This document shows, piece after piece, positions 53,398-64,000 of a DNA stretch of 64,000 bases (positions are counted from its first letter, which is position 1; every line of letters begins with the position of its first letter). The DNA lies in NCBI RefSeq assembly GCF_963921235.1, contig NC_086097.1, forward strand, positions 217,436,001-217,500,000, in the 5' to 3' direction. This DNA is from Mobula hypostoma. Taxonomy: Eukaryota. A program made the translations under genes and the position numbers. Under the pieces are notes generated by a model that made no database searches, was not told the origin of the DNA, and was given only the letters and a program-made list of their open reading frames with translations.

Positions 53398-55997
53398 TGG
53401 GTGGAGCTGAGAAACAGGAAAGGTATGGCCACATTAGTGGGATTGTATTACAGACCACCCAATAGTCAACGAGACTTGGAAGAGCAAATCTGCAGAGAGA
53501 TAGCAGGCAACTGCAGGAAACATAAAGTTGTGGTGGTAGGGGATTTTAATTTTCCATACATTGATTGGGACTCCCATACTGTTAGGGGTCTAGATGGTTT
53601 ACAGTTTGTAAAATGTGTTCAGGAAAGTTTTCTAAATCAGTATATAGAGGGACCAACTAGAGGGGATGCAATATTGGATCTCCTATTAGGAAACGAATTA
53701 GGGCAAGTGACAGAAGTCTGTGTAGGGGAGCACTTTGGTTCCAGTGATCATAACACCATTAGTTTCAGTTTGATCATGGACAAGGATAGATCTGGTCCTA
53801 GGGTTCAGGTTCTGAACTGGAAGAAGGCCAAATTTGAAGAAATGAGAAAGGATCTAAAAAGCATGGATTGGGACAGGTTGTTCTCTGGCAAAGATATGAT
53901 TGGTAGGTGGGAAGCCTTCAAAGGGGAAATTTTGAGAGTGCAGAATTTGTATGTTCCTGTCAGGCTTAAAGGCAAATTGAATAGGAATAAGGAACCTTGG
54001 TTCTCAAGGGATATTGCAACTCTGATAGAGAAGAAGAGGGAGTTGTATGAAATGTATAGGAAACAGGGGGTAAATCAGGTGCTTGAGGAGTATAAGAAGT
54101 GCAAGAAAATACTTAAGGAAGAAATCAGGAGGGCTAAAAGAAGACATGAGGTTGCCTTGGCAGTCAAAGTGAAGGATAATCCAAAGAGCTTTTACAAGTA
54201 TATTAAGAGCAAAAGGATTGTAAGGGATAAAATTGGTCCTCTTGAAGATCAGAGTGGTCGGCTTTGTGCGGAACCAAAGGAAATGGGGGAGATCTTAAAT
54301 AGATTTTTTGCGTCTGTATTTACTAAGGAAGCTGGCATGAAATCTATGGAATTGAGGGAATCAAGTAGTGAGACCATGGAAACTGTACAGATTGAAAAGG
54401 AGGAGGTGCTTGCTGTCTTGAGGAAAATTAAAGTGGATAAATCCCCGGGACCTGACAGAGTGTTCCCTCGGACCTTGAAGGAGACTAGTGTTGAAATTGC
54501 CGGGGCCCTGGCAGAAATATTTAAAATGTCGCTGTCTACGGGTGAAGTGCCGGAGGATTGGAGAGTGGCTCATGTTGTTCCATTGTTTAAAAAAGGATCG
54601 AAAATTAATCTGGGAAATTATAGGCCGGTGAGTTTAACGTCAGTAGTAGGTAAATCATTGGAGGGAGTACTAAGAGACAGAATCTACAAGCACTTGGATA
54701 GACAGGGGCTTATTAGGGAGAGTCAACATGGCTTTGTGCGTGGTAGGTCATGTTTGACCAATCTATTGGAGTTTTTCGAGGAGGTTACCAGGAAAGTGGA
54801 TGGAGGGAAGGCAGTGGATATTGTCTACATGGACTTCAGTAAGGCCTTTGACAAGGTCCCGCATGGGAGGTTAGTTAGGAAAATTCAGTTGCTAGGTATA
54901 CATGGAGAGGTGGTAAATTGGATTAGACATTGGCTCGATGGAAGAAGCCAGAGAGTGGTGGTAGAGAATTACTTCTCTGAGTGGAGGCCTGTGACTAGTG
55001 GTGTGCCACAGGGATCAGTGCTGGGTCCATTGTTATTTGTCATCTATATCAATGATCTGGATGATAATGTGCTAAATTGGATCAGCAAGTTTGCTGATGA
55101 TACAAAGATTGGAGGTGTAGTAGACAGTGAGGAAGATTTTCAGAGCCTGCAGAGGGACTTGGACCAGCTGGAAAAATGGGCTGAAAAATGGCAGATGGAG
55201 TTTAATACTGACAAGTGTGAGGTATTGCACGTTGGAAGGAGAAACCAACGTAGAACATACGGGGTTAATGGTAAGGCACTGAGGAGTGCAGTGGAACAGA
55301 GGGATCTGGGAATACAGATACAAAATTCCCTAAAAGTGTCGTCACAGGTAGATAGGGTCGTAAAGAGAGCTTTTGGTACATTGGCCTTTATTAATCGAAG
55401 TATTGAGTATAAGAGCTGGAATGTTATGATGAGGTTGTATAAGGCATTGGTGAGGCCGAATCTGGAGTATTGTGTTCAGTTTTGGTCACCAAATTACAGG
55501 AAGGATATAAATAAGGTTGAAAGAGTGCAGAGAAGGTTTACAAGGATGTTGCCGGGACTTGAGAAACTCAGTTACAGAGAAAGGTTGAATAGGTTAGGAC
55601 TTTATTCCCTGGAGTGTAGAAGAATGAGGGGAGATTTGATAGAGGTATATAAAATTATGATGGGTATAGATAGAGTGAATGCAAGCAGGCTTTTTCCACT
55701 GAGGCAAGGGGAGAAAAAAACCAGAGGACATGGGTTAAGGGAGAGGGGGGAAAAGGAACATGGGGGGGAGGCTTCTTCACACAGAGAGTGGTGGGAGTAT
55801 GGAATGAGCTGCCAGATGAGGTGGTAAATGCAGGTTCTTTTTTAACATTTAAGAATAAATTGGACAGATACATGGATGGGAGGTGTATGGAGGGATATGG
55901 TCCGTGTGCAGGTCAGTGGGACTAGGCAGAAAATGGTTCGGCACAGCCAAGAAGGGCCAAAGGGCCTTTTTCTGTGCTGTAGTTTCTATGGTTCTAT
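53398..55997 (+). mobile_element. Young CR1 LINE, 5' truncated within the endonuclease, 808-codon uninterrupted ORF2 segment
   Basis: YYRPP, GDFNFP, SDHN, NYRPVSLTS, QHGF, DFSKAFDKVPH, KFADDTK, LVRPNLEYC in one frame. Frame lost near 55750. TTCTATGG tail. Confidence 0.95.
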
Positions 55998-56279
55998 GTC
56001 GACAAATGCATTGGTGACCTATCAATAGTATTTGTACATGGAGGTAAGTGAGAATGATTAAAATTGACAAAATCATACTCTTTGTTTTAACTGTTGTTTT
56101 CACATAAGTATAACACTTCAATATTGAAAATAATTCTGTTCTTTTCAGTGTATTGGATTCATAGTGTCTTAACACTGTTTGTCGATAAAAAGAGAAACTG
56201 AAGTAAACATTTCAGTCAATGAAAAACATGGTAAATAGCCATTGAATGCCATGTTGACATAACAGCAGCCAATTTACAC

Positions 56280-57280
56280 TCTTCAACCTCTTGCTTCACC
56301 GTTCTGAGGTACCCACCTGCTTCAAGCAGGTTTCAATTATACTGGTTCCCTGGAAGAACATGGTAACCTGCCTCAATGACTATTGTCCAGAAGCACTTAC
56401 ATCCACTATGAAGTGCTTCAAGAGTTCGGTAATGAAGCATGCCACCTCCTGTCTGAGGAGTGATCGGGATCTGCTCCAGTTTGCCTAATGTTGCAAAAGG
56501 TCAACAGGAAATGGCATTTCATTTGCTCTTCACTCTTCCCTGAAACACCAGGAAAATGAAGATGCATACATCTGGATGCTTCTCATTGACTACAGCTCAA
56601 CATTACCTTGAAACTTATCACTATGCTCCAAGACCTGGACCTTGATACCTCCCTGTGCAACTGGATCCTCGATTTTCTCACTGGCAGACCCCAGTTAGTG
56701 TGGATTGGTAACAACATCTCCTCCCACTCACCATCAGCACAGTTACACTACAGAGTTGTGTGAGTCTCCTCCTCTATTCACTGTATACCAAGTGCAGCTC
56801 CAATGCAGTATTTAATGCAGCATTGTTATTGGCTGAATCAAAGGTGGTGATGAATCAGCATATAGGAAGGAGATTGAAAATCTGGTTGAATGGTGGCACA
56901 GCAACAACCTCTCACTCAATGTCAGCAAAACCAAAGAGCTGATACTTAATTACAGGAGGAAGAAGCCCGAGGTCTGTGAGCCAGTTCTCATGAGGGGAAT
57001 GAAGGTGGAGAGGATAAGAAGCTTTAACATATCAGAGGATCTGTCTGGGACAAGCATGCAAGTATCATCACAAAAGAAGGCATGACATCACCCCTACTTT
57101 CTTAGAAGTTTCCATAGATTCACATGTTGCCAAAACTTTGGAAAACATCTATAGATGCAGAGTGGAGAACATCCTAGTATGGAATCACCAATGACCAAGA
57201 ACGGAAAAGACTACAGGAAGTGGTAGATGTAGCGCAGTCTGTTACAGACAAAGCCCTCACCACCATTGAGTACATTTATT
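56280..57280 (+). mobile_element. Degenerate Rex1/Babar RT fragment
   Basis: VPTCFKQVSIILVP...CLNDYCP.ALTSTMKCF, LQFA, NNLSLNVSKTKEL. Confidence 0.8.
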
Positions 57281-60115
57281 TATTTATGCTGAGATACAAG
57301 TACGGTTATAGGCCATTCTGGCCCAGCGAGCCCACACCACCCAGTAACACCCAATCTGGCTGTGTGGTGCCACAGCAACAACCTCTCCCTCAATGTCAGC
57401 AAGACCAAGGAGCTGATTATTGACTTCAGGAGGAAGAAACAGACATAGTGCCCAGTAGTAATGACAATAACCTTGCACAATGAATGCCTTTTGTCCCATG
57501 ACTGTAAAATTGTTGATGAGGGTACCTTTGGAATACATATCTCAGTTTGATATTATTTTACTCAATTTGATATTATTTCAGCAAGAACAGAGTTTTTCTT
57601 ACAGGATTTAGTTAAGTAGAAAATCATAAAGGACATTAAAATTGGCTTGCAGTGGAAACTGAATCTGATGCCTGCATACTGGGTTCAATTAAGTGAGTAA
57701 TGAAACAGAATTAACTGGTTTTATCTTAACAGTCTTTGGGGTTTGTTAGGTGTGGGAGCAAATAATTAAGGGCTTTTGTATGATTATTTTCCCCAAATGT
57801 ATCAAATACATAATAACTAGAAAATGCCTTAGCATTTAAAACAAAAATACATTTCAGTGGTATTCAAATGTTCTGAATACCATTGACTTTGAAGAAACAA
57901 GTCCACCATGGTTTAATAAGCCCTGAATTTCCTCTATTTTGAGACGCCTTTAAATTTACTGCAGTTTGTCATGTCTGGCTGGAGTGTAGGCAGCAACCAG
58001 GCAAATTTGCTAATCATTCTGAGGAATTTTCAGTCTGAAAATCAGGAAGTTAAAAGCAGAACTTAAAATTCACAGAATTAAGCATAGTTCATGTAAAAAG
58101 TCAAACTTTTCAGAAATAATGTGCAAATTTTATTTATTTAGAGAAATAGCACGGTAATGGGCTGTACCAGCCTAACGATCCCACACTGCTTGATTATGCT
58201 CATGTGATCAGTAATCTGCTAACCTGTACGTCTTTGGAATGTGGGAGGGAACCAGAGTACTCCAAGGAAACCCACATGATCATGGGAAAACATACCAATT
58301 CCATACAGACTGCAGTGGGAATTGAACCCCAGTTGCTGGTACTGTAAACTGATGTACTAACTGCTACAGCACAGAAATTTGTATGAAGAATGAAATTTTA
58401 CATATGTTAAGTGTTTTAAATACTCAGGATGTTTCTCCACATTTGCAAAATTAGCTTCTTGAGGCCAGCAAAGTTGTTCAGAAGTGATTGTAATCTGTTA
58501 TGCTATTAAGCTTGAAAAAGCAAGACATAATATTTTTAACAATTCTAAAAGTCAGGATGTGTAAAAAGTTAAATTTAAATGTCAAGTCATGTTTCTACAA
58601 GGATTGTATCTACAAAAATTGTAACAGGGTACCTCATGAAGAAATAAGATAGGACTATCAGCAGGTTTTTGAACACTTTGCATTTAATAATGTCTGTAAA
58701 TGTCAAAAGAAGAGTTGAATCTGGGGTAGCAAAGTGCTGATTCTTTTGCATCATTTCAATGGAAAATTCTGGGCTATGTTGCTGGTTAATCTGAAAACTT
58801 TTTGATCTGCAGAATTTTACTGGTTTGATCCTTTAGGATATAAAGGGGTTAAGATTTGATTTGTGCTTTTTTGCTGAGAATCATGTGATTTTTCAAGTGG
58901 AATTGGAATTGTTTGAAATTTCCATTATTCTAAATTGGGTTTCCTTGGTAGATATTTATTAATAGTAAATTACTATTTAAATACTACTTGATAGAAGTAG
59001 TGGTAATTAGTTTTTTTTAAAAAAACCTCTTTAGCATGTGACTCTTCCGGAAGTATGCATTCCTACAATTAAAATTAAATTACAATGTCATGATTTACTA
59101 ATTCTCTGATTACATAATCATTGTTTTTTTAAATGGAGGGATTTTTTTTCTGAGTCTGTACATACAGACTGGTAAGAGTATGTTAAGATAATTAGAAATT
59201 GATTTAATTTTGAGTATATTTTATCCTACTTGGGTCAAGAGACTTTTGAAGTGTGCGTTCATTTCTGACAATGATGTTCCAGTTATCTTTTAAAATAGCT
59301 AAGAATGCTGCAGAAAAAATTGATAACGTGGAAGTTCAAAGTACAACTTTTTTACTATTTACTGCTTATTATTTGTCCAGAATCATTAAAGTTCTCCTCT
59401 AATGTTTGACTCTTGAATGTTTTTGCCTTCTGGATAATGGGTTCAGTGTTTAATTACGTGCATAGAACTATGACTACATGGTAGCTAGGGGATGGAGGAA
59501 GAAGATGTGTAAAGTTTTTAATCTACATTTATTGGAGAAGTGAAGCTGGTAGTAATGTTGAGGTATTAAAATCTTGCATACATCAATTTTTCAAGGAGGT
59601 CTGTCTCTCTGTAGGAAGTGTGCTTGTTTGGAGGGAATTGATGCCCTTTCCTCTGAAGGACTTTCTCATATAAAGCAATGTTGTTATTTGAACTTGTTGG
59701 GTATCCTTAAAGTGCTTTAGACAGTGGTACAGATATGACAAATGTAAAAGTGAAAGGAGTAGGCAGAAAAGGGTCTTGGATCTTTGAAATCATCACCAAT
59801 ACTGGTTTAAAAAGTTCTTAAAGGAGCCAAGTGCCAAATGCATAGCTTTATCATTTTCCCTTGTTCCGTGCTGCAGATGGTCTAGGAAAGGACTGCTACT
59901 ATGGTACTAAAGTGTATTTTTAAAAAGAGAAATGATAATCTGTCATATTAATGATTTTTGCAAATTGATGGAAAAATTGAGAGTTGCTGTTCTGAGAGGT
60001 GTTGATTAGTTAGGAGCAATCAGATGGGTTTATTAAGACAAGGAATTGTTTGACCAAATCAAAATCTATGAGGGAGTAGAAGTGATTGCGTTCAAGAAGG
60101 CACTTGACAACCTAA

Positions 60116-60292
60116 ACAACAGGAATTCTGCAGATGCTGGAAATTCAAGCAACACACATCAAAGTTGCTGGTGAACGCAGCAGGCCAAGCAGCATCTATA
60201 GGAAGAGGCGCAGTCGACGTTTCAGGCCGAGACCCCGCCTGAAACGTCGACTGCGCCTCTTCCTATAGATGCTGCTTGGCCTGCTGCGTTCA
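60116..60292. mobile_element. Penelope-derived palindromic insertion with 12-bp TSD
   Basis: TTGACAACCTAA at 60104-60115 and 60293-60304. Perfect 56-bp inverted repeat (60172-60227 and 60237-60292) with a 9-bp spacer. Confidence 0.9.
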
Positions 60293-60688
60293 TTGACAAC
60301 CTAAGCAGTGTTTCTTCCCAGCTAAATTTGGACAATTTCAAGAATCTCAAAAATGCGTATTGCTAAATTATATTCCTCAAATTACCTAGAAGGGTTTGCA
60401 TTTAGACTTGCAGTACATTTTGATGCAAACATTTTGACAATAGACTACTTCCAAAGGATATCCACGCAGCTTCATAATGCATTTATTCAATACAAATCAA
60501 GCATTAGTTTGAGCTCACAAAACTAACAAATCATTCATATTTTTATGAATTTATTTTTCAGTTGTCCCATAATGCAGCAGATTGGCTTGTAATAAAATTC
60601 TAAACGGTTTTCTCATTTTGCAGTTCAAAGTAACAGAATTATTTTGAGTAGCGCTGTGCTCTAGATGTCACTGTATTTAGACTTAAAA

Positions 60689-62080
60689 CATAGGAGCAGA
60701 ATTAGGCCATTCGGCCTATCAAGTCTGCCCCGCCATTTCGTCATGGCTGATTTTTATCCCTCTCAGCCCCATTAAATTGCCTTCTTCCCATAATCTTTGG
60801 CACCCTTACTATGAACCTATCAACCTCTGCTTTAGGTATACCCAATCACTTGACGTACACAGCCACTCGTAGCAATGAATATCACAGATTCACCATTCTC
60901 TGGCTAAAGAAATTCCTTCTTATCTCTATTCTAAAAGGACATCCTTCTATTCTGAGGCTGTGCCTTCTGGTCCTAGACTCCCCCACCATAGGAAACATTA
61001 TCTCCGCATCCACTCGATCTAGGCCTTTCAGTGTTTGGTAGGCTTTAACGAGATGCCCCTCAGTGAGTACAGGCCTGGAGTTATCAAATGCTCCTCATTT
61101 GTTAACTCTTTATTCCTGGAATCATTCTCACAAACCTTCTCCAGTGCCAGTATATCCTTTCTTAAATAAGGATTCCAAAACTGCTCACAATACCCCAAGT
61201 GCATTCTGACCAATTCTTTATAAAGTCTCAGCATTACATCCTTGCTTTTATATGGGCCCCTTAGCTTAAAAATAATGTACTGAAACTGGAGAGGGTCAAA
61301 GGAGGCTCATGAAAAGAATTAAACTGCTTGTCATATAAAGAACATTTGATGACTCTGAGCCTGTATCCACTAGACTTCAGAAGAATGAGGGGTGACCTCA
61401 TTGAAACCAATCAAATGGTGAAAGGCCTTGATAGAGTGGATGTGGAGAGGATGTTTCCTATGGTCGGATTGTTTAAGACCAGAGGACACAGCCTCAAAAT
61501 AGAGGGGTGACTGTTTAGAATAGAGATGAGGAATATCTTTGGCCAGAAAGTGCTGGATCTGTGGAATTTATTGCCACAGGCAGCTGTGGAGACCAAGTCT
61601 TTATATAAATATTTACGGTAGAGGTTGATGGATTCTTGATTGAACAGGGCATGAAGTGATACGGGCAGAAGGCAGGAGATTGTGGCTGAGAGGAAAATGG
61701 ATCAGTCATGATGAAATGGCAGAGCAGATACGATGGGCCAAATAGCCTAATTCTGCTCCTATATCTTACATTCCAGTCCTCTGGAAGTGTCTGCTAACGT
61801 TGCATTTTCCTTCCTTACCACCAACTCAGTCTGCAAGTTCACCTTTATGGAATCCTGCACGAGGACTCCCAAGTTCCTTTGCATCTCTGGTTTCTATATT
61901 TTTTCCCCACTTAGAAAATAATATTTTCTAAGTTACTCCTTTTACTAACGTGCATGACCATACATTTCCCTAAACTATTTCCATCTCCCACTTCTTTGCT
62001 CATTCTTCTAATCAGTCTAAGTCCTTCTGCAATCTCCCCGCTTCCTCAACACTACCTGGCCCTCCAGCTGTCTTCACTCT
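60689..62080 (-). mobile_element. CR1 3' fragment (minus) containing an antiparallel CR1 3' fragment (plus, 61254-61765)
   Basis: Minus LRLYKELVRMHLGYCEQFW; plus RRMRGDLIET...ERMFPMVG. The host resumes at about 61766, with TTATAT/TTACAT at the junctions. Confidence 0.85.
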
Positions 62081-62505
62081 AGGTTGCTGCTGGATTTTGC
62101 TTCCTGTGAGTGAGTTATGACATGTCCCTGTTAATTTGTTGATGGAATTGTAGGCTTTCTCTTGGTTGCAAACGTCTGACAAATGGAGATCCCGACAAAC
62201 AAGCTCCTGTATTATTACATTCAGAAGTCTGATGTCAGTACTTACTATGAATGGCAGAACTAGTCCCCCCCCACTTCTCCAGTTCCAGTTTTAGTACTTC
62301 TTTTTTCTTAACTGTCTGCTTTTGATACCATTTATTATAATACTATGAGGCATAGTTACCATCTTGAGTGATTTTTGCATTCTTTTTGACAGCCATATGG
62401 GCTTCTGAATGTCTGTAAACTGGAGCCTTTTTTTTGTTTTAAACCCATTGACTGCCTGTACAAGTGAAACTCAGTGCAAAGGGTTTGGTTGCATTATTTA
62501 TGCCA

Positions 62506-62549
62506 TTTACCAATCTCTGATTCAAATTTTACCAATCTCTGATTCAAAT
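62506..62549 (+). repeat. Perfect 22-bp tandem duplication
   Basis: TTTACCAATCTCTGATTCAAAT twice. Confidence 0.9.
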
Positions 62550-62633
62550 TTTAATAACCTTGAGTGTTTAGGAAAAGTATGAAGTTGTTTTGGGAATCCA
62601 GAATATTACTTGCTGTGGTTGAATTCTATTTAT

Positions 62634-62670
62634 GGTCCTGATGAAGGGTCTCGGCCCGAAATGTAGACTG
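62634..62670 (+). ncRNA. Minimal hammerhead ribozyme, core intact (GUA cleavage triplet)
   Basis: GGTC-CTGATGA-A-GGGT(CTCG)GCCC-GAAA-TG-TA-GACTG, followed by the Penelope pLTR tail to about 62770. Confidence 0.7.
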
Positions 62671-63039
62671 TTTACTCTTTTCCATAGATGATGCCAGGCC
62701 TGCTGAGTTCCTCCAGTATTTTGTGTGTGTTGCTTGGATTTCCAGCATCTGCAGATTTTCTCTTGTATGAAATTTATCTCATGGTGCTACTCAAGAAACT
62801 TTGCAGTGTCAATGATTTAAAGAGACGGGCTCAAATGAAAGGTAGAGAGTTCTGCAGTGCCAGACTGACTTCCCTTTCCATTCTGTGGTTATTTCTAACA
62901 TTGCTGGATTTGTGGTGGATTGCCCATATTCATTTACCTTGAACAGCAAATAAAGTTTCCATTCCCTTTACTAACAGCATAAGTATTTAAAGTTGGTGAT
63001 GAATCATCTTTTTACTGCTGCACATACCGTTTGAAAACC

Positions 63040-63975
63040 ATAAGACATAGGAGTAGAATTAGGCCATTTAGCCCATCGAGTCTGCTCCACCATGACTGAT
63101 CCCAGATCCCACTCAACCCCACACACCTGCCTTCTCACCATATCCTTTGATGCCCTGACTGATCAGGAAACAATCAACTTCCGTCTTAAATATAGGCACG
63201 GACTTGCCCTCCACTGCAGTCTGTGGCAGAGCATTCCACAGATTTACCACCCTCTGGCTAAAACAATTTGCCCTTACTTCTACTCTGGAGGGTGCCCCCT
63301 CCCCCCCAATTTTGAGACTGTGGCCTCTAGTTCTGGGTACCCTCTGATATCAGAGGAAACGTCCTCTCCACATCCACCCTATCTATTTCTTTCAACATTT
63401 GGTAGGTTTCAATAAAATCACCCACATCTTCTAAATTCCAGTGAGTACAGGCCCAATGCTGCCAAACGCTCCTCATATCTTAACACTCCCAGAATCAATG
63501 AACCTTCTCTGGACTGTCTCCAATGACAACACATCCTTTCTGAGATATGGGGCCCAAAACTGTTGACTGTGCTCTAAATGCGGCCTGACCAGTGTCTTAT
63601 AAATGCCCAGCATTATCTCCTTACTTTTATATTCTATTCCCCTTGAAATAAATACCAACATTGCATTTGCCTTCTTACCACAGACTCAACCTGTAAATTA
63701 ACCTTTCAGGAGTCTTGCATGAGGACTCCTAAGTCCCTTTGCGCCTCTGATGTTTGAACCTCCTCCCCATTTAGTAGTCCACATTATTGTTCCTTTTACC
63801 AAAATGCATTATCATACATTTCCCAACACTGTATTCCATCTGTCACTTTTTTGCCCATTCTTCCAATTTGTCTATGTCCTGCTGCAATTGCATTGCTTCC
63901 TCAGTACTACTTACCCCTTTATCTATCTTCGTATCATCTGCAAACTTTGCCACAAAGCTATCAATTCCATTAACT
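63040..63975 (-). mobile_element. CR1 3' fragment
   Basis: FISRGIEYKSKEIMLGIYKTLVRPHLE...FWAPYLRKDVL and CR1 3' tail. Confidence 0.88.
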
Positions 63976-64000
63976 TTAGATAGCAGAAGATCACATCATT

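Noticed and set aside
56890..57440. Apparent ~80-bp local duplication (NNLSLNVSKTKEL twice)
   Set aside because: Two diverged fragments of the same LINE family, not a functional repeat.
43462..64000. SGK3 coding exons
   Set aside because: I looked by eye for PX-domain or kinase peptides and found none, so no gene symbol is assigned.
1..64000. CRISPR arrays, rRNA, true tRNA genes, prokaryote-type retron or defence systems suggested by the many RT ORFs
   Set aside because: Eukaryotic intron-containing locus; all RT ORFs carry non-LTR retrotransposon motifs and there is no repeat-spacer array.

Overview
Vertebrate nuclear DNA, AT-rich and dominated by repeats. The repeat families (CR1, Rex1/Babar, Penelope-like elements, V-SINE and Deu-domain SINE-like elements) suggest a cartilaginous fish, probably a ray; this is inference. 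The only host protein-coding gene I can support is VCPIP1 (VCIP135, OTU deubiquitinase) on the minus strand. Its large coding exon 1 runs 17932-15325 and its 87-bp exon 2 runs 2718-2632; exon 3 lies outside the window to the left. A CpG-rich promoter near 18.06-18.4 kb carries ZNF143/SBS, NRF1 and ETS motifs and looks bidirectional. A second CpG-rich promoter/first exon at about 43.25-43.46 kb (plus strand) is plausibly SGK3 by human synteny, but I found no SGK3 coding exon. All other long ORFs are LINE ORF1/ORF2 remnants. The most notable non-coding signals are: (i) Penelope-derived elements carrying minimal hammerhead ribozymes (two with intact cores), including short inserts with inverted terminal copies and clean target-site duplications, one a perfect 56-bp palindrome; (ii) an ATF4-like uORF layout upstream of VCPIP1; (iii) repeated antiparallel nesting of CR1 into older CR1 3' ends; (iv) a solo LTR with a 5-bp TSD; (v) non-autonomous bipartite LINE derivatives. 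Repeat boundaries without TSDs are approximate.
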